DNA of 64,000 bases from the NCBI GenBank assembly GCA_023334545.1, contig JAADVB010000034.1:1-64000 (forward strand), written 5' to 3'. How positions within the stretch are numbered: position 1 is the stretch's first letter; each line of letters opens with the position of its first letter. A program made the position numbers and the translations under genes. The notes below the pieces were generated by a model that saw only the letters and a list, made by a program, of their open reading frames with translations, searched no databases and was not told the origin of the DNA. The stretch comes from Salisapilia sapeloensis CBS 127946. Lineage: Eukaryota; Protista; Oomycota. Shown piece by piece: positions 20,726-31,900 of this stretch.

Positions 20726-22987
20726 ATGTCAGATCTCGCTGGTTCCTTGGTCACTGGTGGTGTCGGACTCGTAGGCTTTGCAGCGAGTGCTGTGACGCTT
20801 GCCAAGTTCATTATCTCAACGCCAGTGAAAGTAGACAATCGTCGAGAAGAAGAGCTTGGAAAGGATGTCGTGCTAGGTTTTGACCTAGCATCGTTCGGCC
20901 AAGAACCTGTCGACTTCTTTATCAATGCTATGAAGCAACAGAGCAAGCTCGATATTGTCCATAAGCGAGGTGATGATGAAGTCGGAATGCATAGTGCTCT
21001 GGAATCAAAGGACGGCGAGGAACACAAATCTGGAACGATGATCTTCTACTTGGTCGGCGGTTCCGAAGAAGTGCTCGAAGAAATCCATCGTGAGAAAGAG
21101 TACAAGGCTGGCAATGTAGCCAAGAAGAAAAAGAAAGAGTTTAATTCTGGTGAACGTATTGAGCTGATCATGTACGAGCTTCGTCAACTAGCTGTTCGTG
21201 ACCCGAACGCTCTCTCCTATGGTGATGACGGAGATCAATTCCCACATCCGTTTGATACGGAAGAGCATGGATCTTTACTGCAACAAGGGTTGCATACGAA
21301 ACTCATTACCGACTGCTTCCCTCTCCACGATACGGAAGAGCGCAAGGCTTTGATGGACACTTGGGTGAAGAAGTGGCATTCTCCTCAGCCGATGAAAACC
21401 ATTCGTGACTACTTTGGCAATGAAGTCGGCTTCTACTTTGCCTTCATTGGCATGTACACCTGGTGGCTAATCATACCGACGGTGCTTGGCGTCGTCGTCT
21501 TCTTCGCGGAGCACATGGCGATAGAAAGGTATGGCGTCTACGCCCGAGGCCTGTATTCGTTGTTCATCACGAGCTGGGCGACAGCATTTCTCAAGTACTG
21601 GAAACGACAGGAGAGTACCCTGCTCATCGAGTGGAAGGTCGAGAATGCAGCGCCACAGGAATTGGAGCCTGCACGACCGGAATTTGAGGGCGAACGACGA
21701 TATGACGAAGTCGAGGGAGAGTACTATACGTACTTTTCATCGACGAAGCGTATGAAGCGGTATGGTGTGACGTCAGCAGCCATCTCCGCGGTCCTTTTCG
21801 TTGTCGTTGGCATCATGTTTGCCTACTATTACATTGAAGAGTGGGTCACAGATATATGCACGGAAGAGAATGGATGGGACGGAATGTACGCTTACGTACC
21901 AATGATTCCGTCTATGATCTACTCTATCGTCGTCATGGTGCTAGATGCTTCTTTCTCTGACCTTGCAGACAAGTTGACAAAGTTTGAGAACCATCGGACG
22001 GATTCAGACTTTACGAATGCTCTCGTGCTAAAGCTCGCGTCGTTTTACTTTGTCAATAATTTTGGTCTGCTCTTCTTTATCGCCTTTTGGTCCTTGGATA
22101 TGGACCGACTGCAGCATACGATGAGCTCCATGCTCATCACAAGACAGCTCGTAGGCAATGCTCAAGAACAATTGATCCCGTACTTTACTGCAACATCTCA
22201 GCTGAAGACGGAAGCTGGGAAGAAAGCCAAGGAGGCGCATTCAAAGGAAGCGGCGGTGCTAAGTAAGGTCGATGCAGAGCTTTTGCATCCTGACTATGAC
22301 GGAACATTTGATGATTACTTGGAGCTGTTCGTTCAGTTCGGACAAGTGACGCTCTTTGCGTCGGCGTATCCACTGGCTGCTCTGTGCTGCATTGTGAACA
22401 ACGTGATGGAAATTCGTAGTGATGCGTTCAAGCTGTGCATGACGTTCCGTCGCAGCCGACGAAAGCGCTCGACTGGCATTGGCACCTGGCTGCTAGCGTT
22501 TAATGCTCTTGGGTACTTGTCAGTGGTGACGAATTGTGCCATCTTTGGACTGCATTCAGGCATGCTGGATGAGCTCTTCCCGCGTTTGAGTGTGACGGAC
22601 ATTCTCCTCTGCGTCGCAGTGATGGAGCACGCGATGCTGGCGGTGAAAGTCGTGATTGAGATGGCGATTCCGGACACGCCAAGTGTCGTGAAAGAAAAGC
22701 AGCGTATTCAAAGAGCCAAGATGAGGCGTAATGCAGCGTTGCATGCCGAGTTGAGTAGTAGGAAGCAGCAGAACGAAGAAACTTCGGAACCGAGTGAAAA
22801 GCCGGTGGAGGTACCGGAGACGAAGGAGGACTTGAAACAGTGGATGGAAAAGGAGAGAGATCGTCGATCCAAACTGGAAGAAGAAGTCAAGGGCTTGAAT
22901 CAATTGTACATGGACTGGATCCGAAATGAACAGGAGAAGCGACGGAATCTGGAAAAGCAGTTGGCCGAGTGCCATCAGGAAAAGTAA
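20726..22987 (+). CDS. Anoctamin/TMEM16 family channel or scramblase (intronless)
   Basis: FPLHD, IRDYFGNEVGFYFAF, WKRQES, FENHRT, FDDYLELFVQFGQVTLFASAYPLA, NVMEIRSDAFKL, IGTW, EHA. C-terminal coiled coil. Confidence 0.93.
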   Translation: MSDLAGSLVTGGVGLVGFAASAVTLAKFIISTPVKVDNRREEELGKDVVLGFDLASFGQEPVDFFINAMKQQSKLDIVHKRGDDEVGMHSALESKDGEEHKSGTMIFYLVGGSEEVLEEIHREKEYKAGNVAKKKKKEFNSGERIELIMYELRQLAVRDPNALSYGDDGDQFPHPFDTEEHGSLLQQGLHTKLITDCFPLHDTEERKALMDTWVKKWHSPQPMKTIRDYFGNEVGFYFAFIGMYTWWLIIPTVLGVVVFFAEHMAIERYGVYARGLYSLFITSWATAFLKYWKRQESTLLIEWKVENAAPQELEPARPEFEGERRYDEVEGEYYTYFSSTKRMKRYGVTSAAISAVLFVVVGIMFAYYYIEEWVTDICTEENGWDGMYAYVPMIPSMIYSIVVMVLDASFSDLADKLTKFENHRTDSDFTNALVLKLASFYFVNNFGLLFFIAFWSLDMDRLQHTMSSMLITRQLVGNAQEQLIPYFTATSQLKTEAGKKAKEAHSKEAAVLSKVDAELLHPDYDGTFDDYLELFVQFGQVTLFASAYPLAALCCIVNNVMEIRSDAFKLCMTFRRSRRKRSTGIGTWLLAFNALGYLSVVTNCAIFGLHSGMLDELFPRLSVTDILLCVAVMEHAMLAVKVVIEMAIPDTPSVVKEKQRIQRAKMRRNAALHAELSSRKQQNEETSEPSEKPVEVPETKEDLKQWMEKERDRRSKLEEEVKGLNQLYMDWIRNEQEKRRNLEKQLAECHQEK

Positions 22988-23468
22988 ACACTGTCATTCA
23001 TGTCATACAAGACGATGTATTTACTCTATTATAATAGGAAGGACGAGTGATCGACGCGATGAAATATCTACAACAGTCTTTCAATACAATTTTACTTTTG
23101 ATCTAGCTATATTTGATTTTATAAATATATTCTAGCTATAAAGGTAGAATCAATGATCGTCCGTTTGTGGTCCATTAGTGGTACGTTTGTGGTACGGATC
23201 TATTTCGGCATCCAACCAACAAAAGCGGAACGGTAAGAAAAGGGAGCACTTTGGTCTGCAGACGCCCCTCGATCCTACTGCGACTCACCACTTCACTTTT
23301 GACATCTTTCATACGTACAAGAAGGTAGTATCGTTATTCTACATACCTTTCTACCCTTCCTTTGCTTCGCGTCAGACGAGAGCTCTGACTCTTTCTGCTT
23401 CTTTTTATTCTCCGCTCGTATCTCATTCTGCTTTTCGTCCGGAAACAGATACAAACCCGATTGCCAAC

Positions 23469-24678
23469 ATGTCATCAACTAGTCAAAGTGAATTGGACCG
23501 ACAGATTGAGCAGCTCAAACGCTGTGAGTACTTGAAAGAATCCGAGGTCAAGGCTTTGTGCCAAAAGGCACGCGAAATCCTCGTCGACGAAAGCAACGTC
23601 CAACGGATCGACGCCCCTGTTACCGTACGTCTACTTTTTTGTCTATGCATACAGGATAAAGTCTCAAGTGTTGTGAATAGATTTGTGGTGATATTCACGG
23701 TCAGTTCTATGACCTTAAGGAGCTATTCGACGTCGGCGGCGAGTGTCCCGAGACCAACTACCTCTTCATGGGCGACTTTGTCGACCGAGGGTTCTACAGT
23801 GTCGAAACGTTCTTACTACTCTTGGCACTAAAGGTCCGCTACCCGGATCGCATTACACTCATTCGTGGCAACCACGAAAGTCGACAGATCACCCAAGTCT
23901 ACGGATTCTACGACGAGTGTCTTCGAAAGTATGGATCCGTTAACGTCTGGCGCTATTGCACCGAAATCTTTGACTACTTGAGCCTCTCTGCCATCATCGA
24001 AGACAAAATCTTTTGTGTCCACGGAGGCCTCTCCCCATCAATCAACACACTCGATCAAGTATATTCTACTCTGATTCTTTTGTCGTATGCATCATATTAA
24101 CTTTGATGTGTCTTTAGATTCGTATTATCGACCGAAAGCAGGAAGTGCCGCACGATGGTGCCATGTGCGACCTCATGTGGTCCGACCCGGAAGGTTATTT
24201 CAATGGATACAGACGTGAGTGATACCGTACTGATGTGTAGTATAGATATTGATGGATGGGGACTCAGCCCTCGTGGTGCTGGCTATTTGTTTGGTGGAGA
24301 TGTTGTTGAAAAGGTACCTTTGGATCCGTTTTTTACTATTTAAAAGCAACGATTGAGACAGTTTGTGTAGTTCAACCAAACGAATGACATCCAATTGATC
24401 TGTCGGGCCCATCAACTGGTCATGGAAGGCCATAAATCGATGTTCAACAACGCACTCGTGACGGTCTGGTCGGCGCCCAACTATTGCTACCGCTGTGGCA
24501 ACGTTGCCGCCATCCTCGAGCTGGATGAGAACCTTGAGCAGCGATTTAAGGTGCTTTAGTATTTCTTCCATCGCTTTCCAAGACTTGTACTAATAGGAAA
24601 CGATAGATCTTTGAAGCGGCACCGCAAGAGGCGCGAGGTGTGCCAGCGAAGAAGCCAGCACCGGATTACTTCTTGTAG
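23469..24678 (+). CDS. PPP4C: Ser/Thr protein phosphatase 4 catalytic subunit (multi-exon)
   Basis: [54 protein letters not shown]-terminus KKPAPDYFL is of PP4 type. Confidence 0.95.
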
Positions 24679-24750
24679 ATGCAGCCCAGGAAGAAGAGTG
24701 TTTCCTTACAACGTGCTAATGGTGGACTGGAGGGTACAAGGCAGATACAT

Positions 24751-25181
24751 TTAGGCAATCTCGCAAACATAGGACTCGAGTTTTTCTCTTTGTTTAAGCA
24801 AGTGACAACGTCGTTTTGCCTGTAGCGAACAGAGATACATATATCACCACGTAACGTCTGCGAAAGGCTAGACATAGAGTACGTTTCAATTGTGATGGAG
24901 GCTCTGGCTATTCCTTGATAGTGTCCCCTTCAAGTGCATGCAAGGATGAGGAACGCGTTCAATTCATGATCGAGTTGCATATACCCGACATTCGGTAATG
25001 ATTGACAAACGTCAGCAGAGGCATGTAAACTTCTTTCCCTTCCACATTCGAAGGAGAGACCTTGGTAACGACCGGTGTTCACCGAGTAAAACGCACTCAA
25101 GTAGGCGATCGACATGCCGCTACGTAGAACTTGTACCTCTAAAGCTTCTATCTTTCGCGCCCTTCTAACTATGGACGCCAA
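24751..25181 (-). CDS. Small hypothetical protein, possibly 3 exons
   Basis: ORF 24930-25181 plus two downstream segments bounded by GT..AG (GHYQGIARASITIE; AKRRCHLLKQREKLESYVCEIA-stop). No homology recognised. Confidence 0.3.
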
Positions 25182-25444
25182 TAGCCCTGAGATACACGAA
25201 TGGAGTGTGACTGTCCGAGCGAACGGTGGAAAAAGCAGTGGTGGCTCGGACTGGACACCTAGGGAAAGCGTGGAAACTTGACTGGTGAGCCTTTTCCACG
25301 GACTACTGCTAGAATAGTCTGTCGCAACGCTACGCTTTGTTTCATCAGACGCATTAACACTTACATCCGTTCTACATTTGCTCTAAAGGTAGTCTTCAGG
25401 TGGACTGTGCAGACCTCGTTCTCTCCTTTATCTCAGATCGGGAG

Positions 25445-28400
25445 ATGGGTGACCAGGGTCACAGCCGACTTGAGTTCGTCTGCAATGTTGACAGCGACAG
25501 CTCTGCTATTACTTTAGGGCCGAGGCCAAGTTCAAGAATCCAAAATGACGAACTTGCTAGTGATAAAGATGATGCCTATATCGAAGAAGCGGAATTGGAG
25601 ATGAAAGCTGCTCCATGGTCAGTAGAGATACCTACTTCTGTCGCACCGAGTGGACTGTCCGAGAGTCGAAAACCACCCCAACTCGGAACATTACGAGTAC
25701 GAGCTCCAGTAATGGAAGGCACAAGTTTCAGTCGAGAGCACCAAGAATTGATGGCGAGAAGTGATAAAAAGACGGACGGAAGATGTTTGGAGTACAAGCG
25801 AAGGCACCGTGGACACTTAACAGATAAAAAACGTTGTGGAGCGGAGCTGCAGAGCGATGTACAAGCAAAGTTGGAAGCTGAATTGGGGCTATTGGAGGCA
25901 GGATCTGAGAGTACACGCAAATATGAACGTTTCTTAAGGAAATTAGAGGAAGAAAATCTAGATGATGGAAATGTAAAACGGAAACGAGGTCGGCATGACA
26001 AGGTTTTGGATAAAATTACTAAAGAAGCCGAAGCAGAGGAAGCAAAGGAGCCTTGGACAAATCGCAAGTGGGGTAAAAATGCAGGGGAAAAGCAGTACGA
26101 CAGGTTCTTAGCAAAGCTGGAAGAAGAAGGACATGTTCAAGCAGCAGCAAACAGCAAAACATCAATGGACAATCTACAGAAAGAGAAGGGGATCAAGGTG
26201 GATAGAACCAAATTCCTGAAGACGACAACTTCGCACAATGCTTTTGGAGCTCGGACGAAACATGATCCATTTCTAGCCAAGGTAGAAAATGAATATGCAC
26301 AGCATTGCAGTAAGGACGAGAAGGATAGTAAGCAAGTCTTTTCAGACTGCTACGGCCGCCTTAAGTCGAAGTTCAGGCGAGACAAGAATGAGTATGACGT
26401 ATCAATGCCTACGGAACTTACGACTTTGACGGATGATGTACGCTTTGCGAAAGAGATTGGTGCGATTGGAAACCACTTACCTCTTCATAATCGTTTAGAT
26501 AATGACAGACTGTACCGGAAGCTAAAGAAATTTGAGAATGAGAAACTCATCGGAGACACCAGTACCGATCGAGAGCGATTTCTGAACAAAGTGAAGCAAT
26601 TTGGAGAACATGATAAAAACTTAAAGGAACGAGGAGGATATGATCAGTTTATGCTCAAAATTCAGGCTGCCGGAATGGACAGAAATGATCTCTTATCAGA
26701 TACGGAGTTACAACAACTTTGGAAAAAGCTTGGGGGTGATTTATCGAATGCATGCCTGACACCCAGTGACTTTCAAAAAGACTATTATCAATCGGGTCCA
26801 TTTTCACTGCAAATGACGTATACGCTATTGTTCGCCACCTCTTCGACACTCCACTCAGTGGTATTTTTATTTTTAACCGAGCTTCGACAAGCTATGCAGC
26901 TCTATCAGCTTTCGATCGGCTTGACGATACTACTACTATGGTGCATTACTGGTGTCAGCAAGCTTATTGGTGGTATCGTTGGCGATTTATCTTCTTGCCG
27001 AGTTGGGCTTTTACGAAAGACTGGTGTTATTTGGATGGTTGCTGTCGTCTTACTACATCTGACATCTTTTCATCTCCCTCACCAACTGCACAACTTTCTA
27101 CTCAGTGTTGCATTTCCTTGTGCGTTTTACGCATATGGTACAACGGTGCCAAATATAATTGCTGTCACAGTGGCTCAACTCCGGCATAGTAATTCCTCAA
27201 AGGATGATACTCCGACGATAAAAAAACCAGCTCTCAGGCGATCCAATTCCGATGTAGGAGCTATGATGAAAGGTACACTAGCTGCATCCGAAATAGTGCC
27301 GATTGGAAACGATCTTTCTCCTACGTCGCTCGAGCCTACTAAAGCAGACGCAGAGAGAACACTATTTGCAGTTTCATCCTACTCGATCGAAGCGAATGGT
27401 CAAGTGTCGATCTTTTATGCAAGGTGCTTTCTCGCCCTTGCTCTACCAGCGTCCATAGCGCAAATTCTATATTTCGGCGTATTAGATGTCGTCTATAACG
27501 AGACTGGTGCACATTCAAACGCAATCGACGAAGAAGCAGTGTCATTAACAGGAGCGGTCTTTATGCTGTTGTCAAGTACTCTGTTAGCCTCTTCGCTGAT
27601 ATGGTTTTACACGCAAGCAAGGAGATATGTACCTGAGTTACCAGCCGTAGGCGAAGGGAAACGCCACCATAATTATAACTACGAGACTGCTGTCGATTAC
27701 CGACTACTAGCAAGACTCTTGTGCATCTCTCCGTCGATTATAGTTCTTATGATGTCCGTGTCAGCTGCAATTATAGGAGCTATAACGGCAGTTGTGATTG
27801 ATGCAGCCTTTATGGAAGTATCACCACACTTTCGAGTCTTCATCATAATCATGGTTTCGACCTCAATCTGCCTGTCTCTGTTGATCGGCATACACCTACT
27901 CGACTTTAAAAAGCGTTTGGTTTATAAAGCTCTGCAGTCGAAGCCGAAGTTCCAGCGTCAAGCGTACTCAGCACTGTTGGTGATGATGCTCGTTTGTGTA
28001 GCATCCGCTGCAGCATTCTTTCGCGCGCAACTTTACACGACATTGGTAGTACAGAGCTGTCAGACGCATCGTCGAGTGATCGGGTCACATTATCGTATTC
28101 AACCTGACATATTTGCCCCAGCATTCGAGCTTTTGGCTTCTGTACTCGTAGTAACCGTGCTCACATCAGGTTTGCAAAAGCATATCAAAGCAGGGTATCG
28201 AGGGGATGTATCATCGCCAACTGTCGTTCAACTTTCCACATATTCCATGACTTCGGAGACTGATGAGAGCAACTCATCCTGGTTGCATCCAACGCGATGG
28301 TTGACGTTCTCTCTTTCGCTAATGGTTTTGTCCCTCTTCTTGATTGGCATCATAGAGCTGTATCGTCGTCGACAGGACCAACTTGATGATGGAATTCACA

Positions 28401-28756
28401 TTGGCGAGTCTTCTACTTGCGGTGAGCTAATGCCGACAGCCTTTGGATGGGCTTGGACTGTTCCTGCTCCGTTCCTCCTTTCGGTAGCAGACGTCATTTT
28501 CCGAACGAGTATCATGGAGCAACTCGACGCCATGCCACTTTTCCGGAAACTGCCAGGAACCTTGGCTGGAATCGCATCCCTCGGAGACGTTATCGGGTTC
28601 TCGGTCGCTCTCTCGCTATCGATTGCACTATCAGATTGGTTCTATAAGTCATCATCGTATGACTTGGCCATCCTCTTGCTTCTGATTAGCACTGGCGCCG
28701 CGTTCGTGTACGGTATTCTGAAGCACGCCGTACAGCGCTTGCTCATAGTAAGTTGA
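25445..28756 (+). CDS. Divergent POT/PTR2-like MFS transporter with a ~450 aa charged, repeat-containing N-terminal extension (intronless)
   Basis: About 12 hydrophobic segments in the C-terminal 650 aa. LIGGIVGD and YGTTVPNI resemble PTR2 motifs. First ATG at 25445. Confidence 0.65.
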   Translation: MGDQGHSRLEFVCNVDSDSSAITLGPRPSSRIQNDELASDKDDAYIEEAELEMKAAPWSVEIPTSVAPSGLSESRKPPQLGTLRVRAPVMEGTSFSREHQELMARSDKKTDGRCLEYKRRHRGHLTDKKRCGAELQSDVQAKLEAELGLLEAGSESTRKYERFLRKLEEENLDDGNVKRKRGRHDKVLDKITKEAEAEEAKEPWTNRKWGKNAGEKQYDRFLAKLEEEGHVQAAANSKTSMDNLQKEKGIKVDRTKFLKTTTSHNAFGARTKHDPFLAKVENEYAQHCSKDEKDSKQVFSDCYGRLKSKFRRDKNEYDVSMPTELTTLTDDVRFAKEIGAIGNHLPLHNRLDNDRLYRKLKKFENEKLIGDTSTDRERFLNKVKQFGEHDKNLKERGGYDQFMLKIQAAGMDRNDLLSDTELQQLWKKLGGDLSNACLTPSDFQKDYYQSGPFSLQMTYTLLFATSSTLHSVVFLFLTELRQAMQLYQLSIGLTILLLWCITGVSKLIGGIVGDLSSCRVGLLRKTGVIWMVAVVLLHLTSFHLPHQLHNFLLSVAFPCAFYAYGTTVPNIIAVTVAQLRHSNSSKDDTPTIKKPALRRSNSDVGAMMKGTLAASEIVPIGNDLSPTSLEPTKADAERTLFAVSSYSIEANGQVSIFYARCFLALALPASIAQILYFGVLDVVYNETGAHSNAIDEEAVSLTGAVFMLLSSTLLASSLIWFYTQARRYVPELPAVGEGKRHHNYNYETAVDYRLLARLLCISPSIIVLMMSVSAAIIGAITAVVIDAAFMEVSPHFRVFIIIMVSTSICLSLLIGIHLLDFKKRLVYKALQSKPKFQRQAYSALLVMMLVCVASAAAFFRAQLYTTLVVQSCQTHRRVIGSHYRIQPDIFAPAFELLASVLVVTVLTSGLQKHIKAGYRGDVSSPTVVQLSTYSMTSETDESNSSWLHPTRWLTFSLSLMVLSLFLIGIIELYRRRQDQLDDGIHIGESSTCGELMPTAFGWAWTVPAPFLLSVADVIFRTSIMEQLDAMPLFRKLPGTLAGIASLGDVIGFSVALSLSIALSDWFYKSSSYDLAILLLLISTGAAFVYGILKHAVQRLLIVS
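25922..26670 (+). repeat. Dispersed protein-level repeat [YH][DE][RKP]FLxK[LV]ExE in the transporter N-terminus
   Basis: YERFLRKLEEE, HDKVLDKITKE, YDRFLAKLEEE, HDPFLAKVENE, RERFLNKVKQF, YDQFMLKIQ. Confidence 0.7.
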
Positions 28757-28917
28757 AAGTCTCAATCAGTTATCGACGTTCAGGAGTCCACGTATAGTAA
28801 AATAAAACAAGGAAGATGCCTTTGTCCTTTTCTTATCTACCCACACTACAAATACTCACGGTCTTGCCGAAAAAGATCAAACGATAACGTTGTTTGTACT
28901 AAACTTGCCAAAGTCAT

Positions 28918-31900
28918 TTATAACCATGGGTACCACGTCGAGTACATGCTCTGCTGTCGCTCCGGACTGGTGGCAATGTCTAGCAGTTCTTTGACATTTT
29001 TCCCACTTCGTTCCTCCGCTTCCTCTTTCTTTTCTGCAATACCTTTCACCCGCCCCATGAACAAGTTCACATTCGTTCCCACTCGTTGCTGCACCTGACT
29101 CTCGAGCTTCTTCTTCGCTTGTAGCAAAAGCTGCGGTTGTTGCTCGTCATTGTTGCCAGCGAGTTTCATCTTGGACAAGTACCACGACATCAGATCGTCA
29201 CGGAAGAAGAGCGAGAGTTGGTCATGCAAGATATCTTGCTCGTTCACCAATGCTGTGGCTGCCGCTTTGAAAACAATGCTCATAGATCCTTCGACACCTG
29301 CCTGAGTCACAAAATTGTGCAGATTTCGCGTCAATCGGAATGGCATCGCAGAGTTATTCTCAAGCGTCCCGTTACTTGCGTACGTTGGTCGTAGCTCGGA
29401 GCTTACGACACGTCCTGTGCGTCGAGAGAAGAGGAGCCTATGTGGCGTTCTGTCGCCGACGAACAAGGCATAGGATAGGAAAGAGGAGAGTGCAAGGTGC
29501 TTTGCAAACTCATTTCGGAATTGGAAGTATGCGTCGCTGGAGGAGCAGATGCCAGCGATGTACTTGGACAGCAGTGTCTCCGGTACGTACTTTTCGCATG
29601 CCTCTGTAAACACTCCTTCCTTGGCTTTTGCGACAATCGCCTCTTTCTCTTGTGCCGACTCGTTACCAGTAAGTGTGCTGCAGGCATCACTCACTTTTTG
29701 ACTATACAGCTCCAGTGGTTGGTCTGGATCCGTGCCATTTCGTTTGCAATGCAGGTCGTACACATCTCCCAGCGTGACTAGATCTTTATCATCTTCAAGC
29801 AACCTCACACGAGGTGTGAACGGGATAACTTTCGGTACATGCAGCACAGCATTCCGCTGCTTGGTCTCTTTCTGCCGCTGAAGCAGTCGATTCAATAGCA
29901 AGTGCATCTGCATGATACGTTCATCCGTGCGTGTCAGATGAGGCATCGAGTACTGCACTAAGAAGTGGTATGTCCGCCCATCGCTACCACCCAAGGCAAC
30001 TCTTCGATGCGTAAATCCATTCCGCAAGACCACATCAATATTGTGCCCTAGATGCAGAATACGCGGATGCAAATCCTTGATCGGTTCGCTGTCGGAAATG
30101 TACTGTCCAGGCACCTCCATGGCCGAGCTGCTAAGTTCAATCAGATGTCGACTCCAATGCTCTAGTGGGAGTTTCCCAGAGTTCCTTTTCCCCACCTTCT
30201 GCACACGTAGCTGAAGCAAGTGCTTCCATTTTTTCAGTCTGTCCATGACGTGCCCCAGCGAGCTCTTGTCTCCATCCACTGACTTGTCCATTTCATCCGT
30301 TGCAGATGGAAAGTCGCGTTCGAAAGCACGTTGGAATCTTTCTGCGAATTGAATGTGCTTCGAGTTGCGCTGATGCGGCTGTAGCGAAAATAACTTGCCA
30401 CCGACTCTAGCTAACGTTGCAAGGATCATCTTAGGTGCCGGATCGTCTTGCTTCTGTGGTGGTAACTGATAGCACTTGAGCAAGACAGCTCTCACGGCAG
30501 TAAGTAGTTCTTCCTCTGGACCAGGACGGAATCTCGTGATCATCTCTTCCAGCATCCCTTCCATCTCGAATGTCAGAGCGTCATGAGACTTGCGAAGGAA
30601 GTTAAGAAGATCCTCTGTGTACTGGACAGGTCCGAGATCCTGTCGCATGCCTTGAGACGTCTTCATTTTATCCTTCCAGAACGTCAGAGATAGAACTGTG
30701 TTGGCGCTCACTCCTGCTTCTGTTAGTGACTGCATAGCAGAGCCGACAAGCCCTGGGATCTCTTGGATCTGTGCGAGTGAGTAGGACGAAGGGACAGCCA
30801 CAACATTGTTTGTCTTCGTCCGGTAGTAGACAAACTCGTTCGAAGTTTCACGCAAACTTCCTAAGCTCGACCTCGTCGACGACGTGTCAGAACAGCTGTC
30901 TCGATTCTCCAGGAAGAAGGCACGCATCGTGTAGTACAATGCTTGTGGGAACTTGGCAGACAATCCACGCAGCAAGCCTCGAATCTGCGGAGCCTCCGGG
31001 CGTCCTAATGCAAGTAGGAGCTGTGGGATCCAGACTATCCACACCCATATCGGCAGCTGCTTCCCGTGACTTTCAAAAGCCTGTACGAGCTGTCCATTCG
31101 AGTCATCTTCCCCCAAAAGTCGGAGCACTCTGGCAATAAGCAGGCGAGCAGAGTTGCATCGATGGTGAATCGCCTGCAAGTAGCAAGCAATCGTCTGTGC
31201 CGCGAGCTTTAGTTCTCCTGTCTGTTTGTACTGAGCGTAGCAAAAGTGTCCCCAGGACAACCATCCTTTACCAAAGCTATCGCAGATCTGGAGACACTGC
31301 GAGAATGTCTGGTTCGCGTCACTTTGCTGACCTAACGCTTCCAAGAAAAGCGCCTTTAGTCGGAACATCTCTGCTTTCTGACGCAAACTAAAGTAGTCGA
31401 GGTTGGTGCTATGAAGAACTCCTAGGCCGCCAGCATACTCCTTTGAGCTGTCTAGGCAGATGCTGACTTGTTCACGGAGTTTAGCAAAAGCATCCTGTAC
31501 GTCCATCGCCTGGACGGAATACAACTTGGATAAAGCACCCAAGCAAACGTCCGGGAGGGACTGTTTACGTGCTGTATGCGCGAGCTTCACGACCGACCAG
31601 GGACTATCATGCATGGCTGCTAGTACTTGCGGGTCACTCCAACTGAACGACGTTTTAACGACTTGGAACATGTGCGACCGCCACGACAGTACGTCGTCCC
31701 ATAGCAGAATCGGCTCCCACTTGTTCGGAAGACGTTCCCTCCATGTATTCACCGCCGGCTTTAGATTCGGAAGGACATGGGATGTACTAGCTGTCTTGAT
31801 TTCACGCATCATCTGGACCGATTCTTTCACTTCGACAAACTTATGGAACAAGTGGAGGAGAGGGAGGTGGGTGCGAGAGAGGACGCGTGGAAGTCCCTGC

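Noticed and set aside
29300-29500. Missing kinase catalytic residues in the PIKK domain as a sign of pseudogenisation
   Set aside because: TRRAP/Tra1 is a known pseudokinase, and the frame and FATC end are intact.
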